Shown: positions 1-8,007, numbered from the stretch's first letter. The stretch: 20,000 nt of DNA from an uncultured virus (IMG/VR IMGVR_UViG_3300046692_000582) (IMGVR_UViG_3300046692_000582), one strand, 5' to 3'. Translations and numbers: made by a program. Notes: a model not told the origin generated them from the sequence alone.

Positions 1-870
1 ATCCAGGGGGTCGGTATCCCCCACCGCTTCAAAGATGATGTTCTTGACCCGGCTGCTTGGCAGGTATTCGACCGTTTTCAGGAAGGCCCATTGGTCTGGA
101 TACGGTTCAAAATGTTCGTCTACAAAGACTGTGCAGCCCTTCTTTACCGAATTACCCTGCTCGGGCATCGAAATCAAATTGCCGTAATTGCCGGGTGGCA
201 GGAAGTCCTGATTAGGTAGTATCCGATCATACGACAGCAGCTTGATTCGCCCAGTGCGATTACACACATGGGTGATGATCGCCGTTGCCAATTGCCTTGC
301 GAGTTGCGCAGGCACCCTCTCATCAAAGAATATCCAGGCATGTGCACCATTGCCGGATCGTGATATTTCAAGGGAAACGGGAATCTTCAGTTCCTGGCAA
401 GACAGGCAGAACTCTTGGGCATCTGCTCGCCAGTCCTCTTTATCAAAGTCTACCGCAACGAAGTAACAGCTGTGATCGAGCAAGATTGGATAAATGCCAT
501 AAATGGCGGCGCCCGTCAGGTGCATTTTCAGGCGTTCATCAGTCAAGCTGAGGTTGGTTTTGTCGATGTCGAGCGCGGGCTGATACCCATATTCTTTTTT
601 GTTCGTGGTATTGGGGTTTCCAAAGAAAACCGCGAAAGCATCAGAGCGGCCCCGGATAAGGCGTCTGTACAGGCTGACTTGCCAATCTTCGATGGGTGTA
701 AGGCTAATATTGCGTTTGAAATTGGGAGTGTTTGCGTCCGGGGGAATTACCACGGGCATGTAATCAAGAGGACTGTGATCAATAGGGGCACACTCAGATT
801 CCGGAGTGCTGCTGGGCTCCGGAAAAAGATCTTCGATGAGGTGTTCTGGATCGACTTTTTTCTTGGTCAT
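1..870 (-). CDS. TOTE-type archaeo-eukaryotic primase (AEP) domain protein, probably the N-terminus of an AEP-SF2 helicase fusion; 3' end lies outside the window
   Basis: Not in the ORF track because it has no stop in the window. Manual translation from ATG 870 (GAGG upstream) gives 290 open codons to base 1, with GRSDAFA, GIYPILLDHSCYFVAVDFDKEDW, EISRSGNGAHAWIFF, SYDRILPNQD, GNYGNLISMP and VFVDEHFEPYPDQWAFL, which are motifs of this family. Confidence 0.88.
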   Translation of the reverse strand, partial: MTKKKVDPEHLIEDLFPEPSSTPESECAPIDHSPLDYMPVVIPPDANTPNFKRNISLTPIEDWQVSLYRRLIRGRSDAFAVFFGNPNTTNKKEYGYQPALDIDKTNLSLTDERLKMHLTGAAIYGIYPILLDHSCYFVAVDFDKEDWRADAQEFCLSCQELKIPVSLEISRSGNGAHAWIFFDERVPAQLARQLATAIITHVCNRTGRIKLLSYDRILPNQDFLPPGNYGNLISMPEQGNSVKKGCTVFVDEHFEPYPDQWAFLKTVEYLPSSRVKNIIFEAVGDTDPLD

Positions 871-991
871 TCTGCCTCATTCCAACCCGGCACCACCGAT
901 CAGGCATGTCGCCTCGGCGTAAAGCTGTCGAATCAGAATAGTCGCAGAATGTCAGGATGGCATTGCTTACAACCAATGAAGCGTTTTAGCG

Positions 992-1654
992 CTATTGAGT
1001 GAACGTGCATCCGAGTGTCATTGCTGTGCATTCTGGCGCATATACAACCCCAAACTGCTCCTCCAGCCATTGATGCAGAAATGGCGCCATCTGCCCCGCA
1101 TCGTCAGTCTTTTGTAGGAAAGGCTTATCGACCAGCTCCATCGCGTAACCATGGCTAAACAAGGCCTTTGTAGAGCCATACAGATAGTCTCTGGCCTGAG
1201 TCATGCTTCTGAATTTCAGTGTCAGCACAAGACCACACAGTGGTGGCCTCTTACCGTCTTCAAATTCATTTATGTGCAAGATATCACTTGTCTGACGCAG
1301 ATTAAGCACTCCCGCCCGCATGTCTTTCATCGCTACAGTCTTAATCGCTTCGCATGTCCTGGAAAACGCATCGCCCCGACCTTCTATGGCATGGCCGGTT
1401 TCACGGCTGCTATTGCAAACATCCAATCCATCAGAGCACTCATTTCCAATGTAAAGAGTGACGTTGTTCGGGACAACCTGTGCAATATGATTTCGAGCCA
1501 TCTTTGCCAATCCAGACCAATCAACAGTGCTGTGATCAGTAAATACTGGCTCTCCATTTTGACTCAATAGGGTTCCAATATCTTTTGGCATATGGGGAAC
1601 AACAAAAAAATGGAAGGCTACAGGAAGACGTGATTTTTGAACATTGCATTCCAT
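992..1654 (-). CDS. hypothetical protein (~220 aa)
   Basis: Long ORF collinear with its neighbours. ATG 1654 preferred; the track start is 1729. Confidence 0.7.
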   Translation of the reverse strand: MECNVQKSRLPVAFHFFVVPHMPKDIGTLLSQNGEPVFTDHSTVDWSGLAKMARNHIAQVVPNNVTLYIGNECSDGLDVCNSSRETGHAIEGRGDAFSRTCEAIKTVAMKDMRAGVLNLRQTSDILHINEFEDGKRPPLCGLVLTLKFRSMTQARDYLYGSTKALFSHGYAMELVDKPFLQKTDDAGQMAPFLHQWLEEQFGVVYAPECTAMTLGCTFTQ

Positions 1655-1749
1655 TGTTTTGTCTCTTGATCGGAAAAGGTAATTGAACTTAACGATTTGT
1701 TTTGTGCATGCCGACATGGCAGATGTCACTGCTAATAATGCGCATCACC

Positions 1750-1770
1750 AAAACCCAGGCTCTGCCTGGG
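1750..1770 (-). terminator. intrinsic terminator
   Basis: Minus strand CCCAGGC-AGA-GCCTGGG-TTTT just after the stop of 1787-2194. Confidence 0.65.
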
Positions 1771-1786
1771 AGCTTTCCAGTGGGTG

Positions 1787-2194
1787 TTAGTCCCTGCCTT
1801 TCATCAGGGTGAGCTTTACAGCAGGTTCTGGTTCAGGCTCAGGGAGCTTACCCCAAGCGTCCTGCGCGTAGTCCATCACACCCGGCAGCGATTCTTGTCG
1901 CGCCTCAATCTCTTTGAGATACAGCCCTTCGGAGCGCTCAATCAGCAGCGATCTCATGTAGGCGCAGCCCGTGTACTGCGAGTCGTCGGTGCGAGGGAGC
2001 TGATTGGCCTGCTTTTGCAGCCATGCAGCTTTCATGACGTCTTCAGTGGTCAGGTATTTCTCGTAAATGCGCTGCTTGGCAATTACCCGACTGCGCACCG
2101 ACCAGGGCTGCGACGAAATGGGATTGTAGAAGTCCCAATCGCCCGTTTCGACGAAGGCATTGATTGCGCATTCAGGAAAAGAGTGGTCTTTCAC
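1787..2194 (-). CDS. hypothetical protein (135 aa)
   Basis: GTG start with GAGA upstream; followed by a terminator. Confidence 0.7.
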   Translation of the reverse strand: MKDHSFPECAINAFVETGDWDFYNPISSQPWSVRSRVIAKQRIYEKYLTTEDVMKAAWLQKQANQLPRTDDSQYTGCAYMRSLLIERSEGLYLKEIEARQESLPGVMDYAQDAWGKLPEPEPEPAVKLTLMKGRD

Positions 2195-2243
2195 GGTAAT
2201 AGTCTCTTGGAGGGCAGCGTAGTAATGATCGACCTGAAGTGAA

Positions 2244-2606
2244 TTATGTGGCTGTTGTGGCCAGAATCCACTGAAGCTCGCTTAGGCTCTCGATGGCACC
2301 GCCATTGAGGTTCAGGCGATAGCCTTTCACCACAATGAATTCGCTATCTGGGAAGCCGATAAGATCGAAATGACGCTCGTCCACTGTATAAACACCAGTC
2401 TCAGTGTTGATTAGACAGGAAGACGACAACTGATAGCCATTACAGATGGTGGTAAATGCACCGGCGACATCTTTAATGGCGAAAGGCTTGAGCGGTTCGT
2501 TTTTCGCAGATTCAGGTACGGCACTTCGTAGGGCGCGGGCAGCCGGTTTGCTTTGCACTATATCGGCGATTGAAAAAATGCGAGCCAGAATTTTGCCAAG
2601 CAACAT
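2244..2606 (-). CDS. hypothetical protein (120 aa), paralog of 2727-3200
   Basis: The track start (2636) overlaps the -10 box, so ATG 2606 is used. Its C-terminal LSSSCLINTETGVYTV...FIVVKGYRL matches the neighbouring gene. Confidence 0.75.
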   Translation of the reverse strand: MLLGKILARIFSIADIVQSKPAARALRSAVPESAKNEPLKPFAIKDVAGAFTTICNGYQLSSSCLINTETGVYTVDERHFDLIGFPDSEFIVVKGYRLNLNGGAIESLSELQWILATTAT

Positions 2607-2623
2607 AATTACACCATCCGCTC

Positions 2624-2674
2624 TTGATGGTGACATTATATCGAACTTGTCGACTAATGTCAGTCACCTTAACA
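2624..2674 (-). promoter_or_regulatory. sigma70 promoter, CATCAA class
   Basis: CTGACA (2663-2658), 17 bp, TATAAT (2640-2635), 5 bp, CATCAAG. Confidence 0.8.
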
Positions 2675-2726
2675 TTATTATTTAGACATTAAGTGGGGCA
2701 GCCTGAATCACGCTGCCCTGCGGTAA

Positions 2727-3200
2727 TCAAGGATAAACGACGGCCAGTGCGTCGTGAAGCGCTTTCATGCTGGTGATCATGTTGTCACCGTCCTCGTCCA
2801 CTTCCAGGCGAATGCCATTGACGGTAATGAAGGCTTCGTCGAGCGTGGTGACTTCATCGGAGTTGTGGGTGTCCTTGACCGTAAAGGAGCCGGTGCGTGG
2901 GTGGATGTAGCAGACCGATTCCAGGGTGGTGCCGCTGTAGACCGATTCAGGATTGGCGCCACCGTCCCATTTGGAGGTGTAGACGCCTTCGATCAGCAGC
3001 GTTTCTGGCGCGACGGTGCCTTTTGCCGCTTTGCGAATCATCTCAAGAATCGCCTCAACAGGCTCGTGGCCAGTCAGGTTGAACTCGGTGGTGATGGCGC
3101 TGAGAATCTTGATGGCATCCTTAATGTCGGCGGCAATCGAAACGTGCGGCTTGGTTTCCACGACAAAGTCTAGGCTGCTGTTGATTTCGTTGATGCTCAT
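2727..3200 (-). CDS. hypothetical protein (157 aa), paralog of 2244-2606
   Basis: ATG 3200 with GGAG RBS downstream of a promoter; C-terminal LESVCYIHPRTGSFTV...FITVNGIRL. Confidence 0.8.
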   Translation of the reverse strand: MSINEINSSLDFVVETKPHVSIAADIKDAIKILSAITTEFNLTGHEPVEAILEMIRKAAKGTVAPETLLIEGVYTSKWDGGANPESVYSGTTLESVCYIHPRTGSFTVKDTHNSDEVTTLDEAFITVNGIRLEVDEDGDNMITSMKALHDALAVVYP

Positions 3201-3223
3201 TGGAACTCCGCTGCGTTGTTTGC

Positions 3224-3274
3224 TTGATGGGATAATTATATGCAAACTGGCGCAGCACGTCAATCACAATGACA
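3224..3274 (-). promoter_or_regulatory. sigma70 promoter, CATCAA class
   Basis: TTGACG (3263-3258), 17 bp, TATAAT (3240-3235), 5 bp, CATCAAG; TGTCA-N7-TGACG overlaps the -35. Confidence 0.85.
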
Positions 3275-3350
3275 TTATTAATTGATCAATATGGGCTTTT
3301 TGATCAGCTGTCTGATTGTTGAAATAGCCAATCGCAAACCCTACAAACAA

Positions 3351-3390
3351 TGTCATTGCTATTGACACTTGCGATTGGAGCACCTATGAT
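3351..3390 (+). promoter_or_regulatory. sigma70 promoter with overlapping TGTCA-N7-TGACA inverted repeat
   Basis: TTGACA (3362-3367), 17 bp, TATGAT (3385-3390), upstream of GGAGG and ATG 3417. Confidence 0.8.
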
Positions 3391-3416
3391 GAACCAACAT
3401 TCACGGAGGTCAATTC

Positions 3417-3629
3417 ATGGGACAGGCTAAAGCACGAGGATCACGAGAAGAGCGAGTTGTTCAGGGCGTCGAAAAGCGGGAACAGCTGCGCGCTGCTTAC
3501 GAACGGCGCGCTATAGAGCGTGAAGCTGCCATGACGCCGCAAGATCGTGCCCGTCGCAAACAGGGCCGACTATTGATGGCCACTGTCCTCGGCCTTACCG
3601 CCTCCGTCCCAAACACTTTCGGAATTTAA
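3417..3629 (+). CDS. small basic hypothetical protein (70 aa)
   Basis: GGAGG RBS and promoter upstream; MGQAKARG N-terminus. Confidence 0.75.
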   Translation: MGQAKARGSREERVVQGVEKREQLRAAYERRAIEREAAMTPQDRARRKQGRLLMATVLGLTASVPNTFGI

Positions 3630-3632
3630 GCT

Positions 3633-3890
3633 ATGACCCAATGGATCAACGAAAAGCCGTACAGCCATACCAGCCACAATGGCACTCACTTCAGTTCGGA
3701 TCGCTGCGACCTGAAAGGCGGCGTAAAGATCACCCGGCCTGATCATGTGGATGACATGAAGTTCGCTGCCGATTGCGCTGAATTTGGCGCCATGCACGTC
3801 ATCCTTGTTCATGATCGCCTGAATGGGTTTTCGGGCTTCTCGGCCATTAATTATGAAATGCAGTCAGAAGCTGATGAGCAGCATGAATAA
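3633..3890 (+). CDS. hypothetical protein (85 aa)
   Basis: Starts 3 bp after the previous stop; operon-like packing. Confidence 0.65.
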   Translation: MTQWINEKPYSHTSHNGTHFSSDRCDLKGGVKITRPDHVDDMKFAADCAEFGAMHVILVHDRLNGFSGFSAINYEMQSEADEQHE

Positions 3891-4290
3891 AGATCAGTTC
3901 CTTGCCGAGCTAAACGCTGACCTAAGCGCCTGGAAATTCAGTTCATCCGAAGGGATGACGCTGGAGAAGGCAAAAAAGATGGCAGAAGAAAGTGTTGTCT
4001 ATAGCCTTCGCATGCTCTGGCTTGGTCGTTACAACAAGCTTGGTCGAGAGCGCGCCCAGGCTCTGAACGCCGCCTGCTTTGCGTATCTGCCTGAGAGCCT
4101 TGGTTACCCAGGCGCTCAAAATGGCGAGATCATCCTTGCTGGGCAAGATGACACTGCGCTTGCCAAGGCTGTATTTGAATGTCTTTGGCAGCAATACGTA
4201 CTGAGTCAAGACTTGGAACACTTGCAGCCAGCCAAGACTCCCCGTGCATCCATTCTGCAACGCCTTCAAAAGTTCTTCGCAGGGGCTTGA
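3883..4290 (+). CDS. hypothetical protein (~135 aa)
   Basis: ATG at 3883 (or 3874) overlaps the end of the upstream gene. Confidence 0.7.
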   Translation: MNKDQFLAELNADLSAWKFSSSEGMTLEKAKKMAEESVVYSLRMLWLGRYNKLGRERAQALNAACFAYLPESLGYPGAQNGEIILAGQDDTALAKAVFECLWQQYVLSQDLEHLQPAKTPRASILQRLQKFFAGA

Positions 4291-4375
4291 TCTGTGGACC
4301 ATAAACGCCGTTGAGAGCGACAGCCTCTACAGCCTGTCGCTTCAACTGTTTTAACGCGATTCAAAAGGAGAAAAA

Positions 4376-4648
4376 ATGTCTATTGCCGTGGAAAATTACG
4401 CAAGAACGGGACGTGTTGTATCTTCAGCTGTTCTTCAGCGTTATGAAGAGGACCAATCCTCTGTTTGGGTATTTGTGCTGGATGGCGATGAGGAAAAATA
4501 CACTGCCCGCATGAAGGATGACCTGAGGCATCCGGTCGTAGGAGACGCGGTGCTTGTGCTACTGCTGAAAGAATTCAAGAATCATGCAAAGGAAGTAATC
4601 TACGACGCCGATCTTCGCCAAACCAGCCGCATTCTTGGCGAGAAATAG
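4376..4648 (+). CDS. hypothetical protein (90 aa)
   Basis: Strong AAGGAG RBS. Confidence 0.75.
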   Translation: MSIAVENYARTGRVVSSAVLQRYEEDQSSVWVFVLDGDEEKYTARMKDDLRHPVVGDAVLVLLLKEFKNHAKEVIYDADLRQTSRILGEK

Positions 4649-4669
4649 CGCAGGAAGCGGATGACGTTG

Positions 4670-5131
4670 TCAGCCTTTGTCCAATGTCATGTTGAAAACA
4701 ACGCACTCTTCGGTGCTGTCTGTGGATTTGGCCATCATGGCGAGTGCTTTTTTGCGCGTGTTGCCAGGGATAACTCCGGCTCGTAGGAGTTCCAAGACCG
4801 AGGGAGCCTGGAGCTGATTGACAGCGCAGTGCACCAACCTTCTAGCGTCGATGTCTTGCAGGTGCATGCCCGTGCACCAGACGTCCAGCTGACTACCGCG
4901 ACTGATCTTTACGGGCTGGTCGATCAGGCCTTGAGCTTTACGCTTTGTCTCGCTGGGTTCATATGCAGTCATGATGGCATTGGCCAGCGCGCCCCGAACT
5001 TCGATGGAGCCTTGCGTGCCGTAGGTGGTGAAATGCTCATCGCCCACAATCACCAGTGCATTGTCGATCTCGCGCTGATCCTCTGGAGTCAATTGGAATG
5101 GCTTTTCGGCATTCAATGGAGTGGTTGTCAT
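4670..5131 (-). CDS. hypothetical protein (153 aa), paralog of 5277-5921
   Basis: Shares IEVxGxLANAIMTA and GLIDQPV with the neighbouring gene; has its own promoter. Confidence 0.85.
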   Translation of the reverse strand: MTTTPLNAEKPFQLTPEDQREIDNALVIVGDEHFTTYGTQGSIEVRGALANAIMTAYEPSETKRKAQGLIDQPVKISRGSQLDVWCTGMHLQDIDARRLVHCAVNQLQAPSVLELLRAGVIPGNTRKKALAMMAKSTDSTEECVVFNMTLDKG

Positions 5132-5183
5132 CAGTTCAAATCGCCCAGTGATGATGTGCAGATTGCGACAGATTTCAGCAATC

Positions 5184-5223
5184 TTGATGGGATAATTTTA
5201 CTTGGATTTCAGCAGCACGTCAA
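5184..5223 (-). promoter_or_regulatory. sigma70 promoter, CATCAA class
   Basis: TTGACG (5223-5218), 17 bp, TAAAAT (5200-5195), 5 bp, CATCAAG. Confidence 0.82.
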
Positions 5224-5255
5224 CCACAATGTCATTGTTATTGACATTGTGGTTG
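5221..5255. repeat. perfect 14-bp inverted repeat with 7-bp spacer
   Basis: CAACCACAATGTCA-TTGTTAT-TGACATTGTGGTTG. Confidence 0.9.
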
Positions 5256-5276
5256 TTGATGAAGCGAATGTAATTG

Positions 5277-5921
5277 TTAGATCTTGTTGATCTCAACATT
5301 CACCCGGTCGATCAGATCGGCGTGGCCTTCTTCGCTGGCGATGAACAGGGCTTGCCGCAGAAGCTTGTGCGAAACGACGCCAAGCTTCAGGGCCTCGGCG
5401 ACTCTCATCGCAATCCACTGATAGTCCACCACAGCGGAGGTGATTACGTGAATCTCCTCCAGGACTTTGCGGGTTTCTTCGTCGATGGCGCTGCTGGGGC
5501 TAAAGGTAACAACCGTTTCGAATCCGGCAGGAACTTGCAGGGGAACGAACAGTGGCAAGTTCGGCTTTTCCTGAGGGTCGGCCACCAGCGGGCGGCTCAG
5601 CAGTTCGCGCACAGCACGGTGCACCAAGCCCCGGACGCCCTTGCCTTCCACGTAAAAGCCGTTGCACCAGATTTCCAGATGGCCGCTACGGCTGACCCGC
5701 ACAGGCTGGTCAATCAAGCCACGGAACTTGCGCACTTCCTCGTCGGGAAAGTGTGCTGTCATGATGGCGTTAGCCAGCACGCCGTGAACTTCGATGTGAC
5801 CCATTTGACCGTCGTTACTGAAGTCCTCGGCCCCAACGATGGACAGCGCCGTGCCGATCTCGATTTGATCTTCAGCGCTGAGGCGCAGTGGTTTTTGGGC
5901 AGTTTCTGAGGTGCTGGTCAT
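5277..5921 (-). CDS. hypothetical protein (214 aa), paralog of 4670-5131
   Basis: Shared ~110-aa N-terminal domain; has its own promoter. Confidence 0.85.
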   Translation of the reverse strand: MTSTSETAQKPLRLSAEDQIEIGTALSIVGAEDFSNDGQMGHIEVHGVLANAIMTAHFPDEEVRKFRGLIDQPVRVSRSGHLEIWCNGFYVEGKGVRGLVHRAVRELLSRPLVADPQEKPNLPLFVPLQVPAGFETVVTFSPSSAIDEETRKVLEEIHVITSAVVDYQWIAMRVAEALKLGVVSHKLLRQALFIASEEGHADLIDRVNVEINKI

Positions 5922-5981
5922 CAGTTCAGGTCGCTCTGGGTTGTGACTGATTAATATGCAGATTGCGATTGTGCAACAATC

Positions 5982-6021
5982 TTGATGGGGTCATTGTAGC
6001 CAACACAAGACCCGATGTCAA
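5982..6021 (-). promoter_or_regulatory. sigma70 promoter, CATCAA class
   Basis: TTGACA (6021-6016), 17 bp, TACAAT (5998-5993), 5 bp, CATCAAG. Confidence 0.85.
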
Positions 6022-6061
6022 TCATGCAAACACTCTCGCAGAATTTTATCCGTCCCTCAGC

Positions 6062-6817
6062 TCAGAGTCGACGTACGACAAAGTAGCCATAAAACTCGCG
6101 GTTTGCACCCATCCCGTTGCTTGTAATCAGTTCAAACAGCAAATCGGTTGCCGTGGGCGGAGTATTGCTGCTGTAAAACGCATCAATTGAACACTGCCAG
6201 CGGGTTTGGTGGGAGGTGGTGGCAGCCTGTTTGAGTTTGTCGGTATCAAAGACATTGGCTTTGATGTCCAGTCGGTAATGCGTGTCATCTATTTTTGTCA
6301 CGCTGGAACCATGAAGTAGCTCAAATCCTGCATCCAATGGCGCGACAGGATTGTCCACCGCTACGGCGTACAGGCAGTCATCAAACGAATCGTAGTCGCC
6401 GATCTGCTGCCCCCGTTCCTTTACACTCAGGGGGCCAACCACTTCAAGCAGAACGGCAAACTCTACAACCTGTTCTTCATTGCCTTCGACATTCATTGAG
6501 GATACTCCGTGGTGATGGGGTCTTGCAGCTCTCTCACGCATATGAGCGTTACAGTCCTCGCGCATTTCATCCGCCAATACGTAAAATCTTTCGGAAATCG
6601 ACTCCCGGACCTCTTGGCTGAGCGTTTTTTTAGCACGATCAAGCTCAAGCAAATCGGACAGGCGCATAAATTCTGAAAATTTATCGGACTGCTCTTTTAC
6701 AAACCCCTTTCCAAAGTCCGGGGACAGCACCTTGTCGAGACGCTTGTTAATAGCGGCCTCTTCGGCGTCGGTAAGATCTTGGAGAGTGCCGTCTGAATGC
6801 CTGATTTTCAAACCCAT
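6062..6817 (-). CDS. hypothetical protein (251 aa)
   Basis: Long ORF coupled to the upstream gene by a TAATG overlap. Confidence 0.8.
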   Translation of the reverse strand: MGLKIRHSDGTLQDLTDAEEAAINKRLDKVLSPDFGKGFVKEQSDKFSEFMRLSDLLELDRAKKTLSQEVRESISERFYVLADEMREDCNAHMRERAARPHHHGVSSMNVEGNEEQVVEFAVLLEVVGPLSVKERGQQIGDYDSFDDCLYAVAVDNPVAPLDAGFELLHGSSVTKIDDTHYRLDIKANVFDTDKLKQAATTSHQTRWQCSIDAFYSSNTPPTATDLLFELITSNGMGANREFYGYFVVRRL

Positions 6818-7209
6818 TATTGAGCCTTCTTCGAGACGCGATAAAAGTCCCGTGCAAACAGGTCATCGCCGTACACGACCTTGGCGTGAATCACTGTCTC
6901 TGGAAGCTCACCCCAGGGAAGCTGCTGCTCGTCCTGTGGATCGAAGGCAATGCCCAGGACGGTTACGCCCTGCTCACACATGGCCTTGCTGGGGCTGGGA
7001 TGAATCTTGATCAGGCTCATGCTGTCAAAAAACAGCGAATCCATCACAAAGATTTCGCCAATCTTCAAATCTTCAAAGCGCGTGACTTTCTCACCAAGGA
7101 TCCAGCCTTTGTAGTTGGCTTTTCCGTTGGCTCGCCACAGGGTCAGGCCTTCGCCCACACGGGGCATTGGCAAATCGGCCTTGGGGGCTGGCTTCCATTT
7201 TGGGTACAT
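6817..7209 (-). CDS. hypothetical protein with one WR-W(I/V)LGE-F(D/E)DL domain (130 aa)
   Basis: PRVGEGLTLWR...GWILGEKVTRFEDLKIG matches 10229 and 11986. Confidence 0.85.
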   Translation of the reverse strand: MYPKWKPAPKADLPMPRVGEGLTLWRANGKANYKGWILGEKVTRFEDLKIGEIFVMDSLFFDSMSLIKIHPSPSKAMCEQGVTVLGIAFDPQDEQQLPWGELPETVIHAKVVYGDDLFARDFYRVSKKAQ

Positions 7210-7291
7210 GATGCGTTCTCAGATAATGGGCCATTTAGACCCATGAATTCAAATTGATTTGAGGAAAACAAGAACTCCTCTAAGTTACTTA

Positions 7292-7319
7292 ATAATACGC
7301 AAACACAAAAATATGTCAA
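7292..7319 (-). promoter_or_regulatory. sigma70 promoter
   Basis: TTGACA (7319-7314), 16 bp, TATTAT (7297-7292). Confidence 0.7.
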
Positions 7320-7480
7320 TAAAGCAAAACGTGTTTTGCGTACAAAAATCCTCTAGCCAGTAAGTCCAGATACCCGCCTCCACGTGAACCTGTACATCCG
7401 AACAGCTGATCTTTGTTCAGTCTTTTTTTGCAGTGGCGTTGACCATATGCTCCGCTTCGAATGCCTTTGGGGATTGGGAA

Positions 7481-7924
7481 ATGAAGTTATCTGACACTGG
7501 GGTGCTGGTCTTTGGGGGCCAGAGCTATACCGCCGAGCAAATGAATGACCGCTCGATTGCTTTGCTTGAGGCTGCAAAATACCTGCTTCTCAATAAGCAT
7601 CGGCTGGCTGGCGCGCAAGATTTGGCTGACCGATTGTCTGCGGAGGCAAGCGAGTGGTTGGTAAGAGTTAGGCGCTGTACCGACGCACTAACACCAGGGC
7701 AGAGGCGGACTTACATCAACCTTCTTGAGTATCTGAAGAACAACGGTTGCAGCCCGACTTTCGTGGAATTAGCTGCCATGGAGGGGCTGTCCTCCACCAC
7801 TGTGCGGAGGAAAGTGCAGGTGCTGATCAAAAATGGGTTTGTGCGCCAAATCCCCAATGCTCGCGGCGGTCTTTCTGTTCACGATTCGCCACGAGCATGC
7901 GAAGTTGAACACAAAATGGATTGA
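7481..7924 (+). CDS. transcriptional regulator with C-terminal LexA-type winged-helix DNA-binding domain and no S24 peptidase domain
   Basis: LTPGQRRTYINLLEYLKNNGCSPTFVELAAMEGLSSTTVRRKVQVLIKNGFVRQIPNARGGLSV parallels the LexA DBD pattern LTxRQ...GYPPTxREIA...S...L.xKG.I.R.P...R. ATG 7481 preferred. Confidence 0.75.
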   Translation: MKLSDTGVLVFGGQSYTAEQMNDRSIALLEAAKYLLLNKHRLAGAQDLADRLSAEASEWLVRVRRCTDALTPGQRRTYINLLEYLKNNGCSPTFVELAAMEGLSSTTVRRKVQVLIKNGFVRQIPNARGGLSVHDSPRACEVEHKMD

Positions 7925-8007
7925 TCAGTTAGCGCCACCCTATAATGCGGAATGGACGAAGCTTTAGCGGGATTCGCGCCCAGGCACTTTTGAATGGCAG
8001 GGAAAGA

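Noticed and set aside
174..1002. Track ORFs 174-371, 242-466, 285-551, 415-1002 and 794-976
   Set aside because: Shadow frames of the AEP primase gene at 1-870(-).
4829..5909. Long plus-strand ORFs 4829-5290 and 5274-5909, and similar antisense ORFs such as 1784-2242, 2754-3173 and 18502-19077
   Set aside because: Antisense shadows of minus-strand genes that have promoters, RBSs or paralog support.
2624..6032. Repeated intergenic motifs read as a CRISPR array or integron attC sites
   Set aside because: Spacing is gene-sized and irregular, there is no cas or integrase gene, I saw no RYYYAAC/GTTRRRY-bounded hairpins, and the motifs resolve as promoters.
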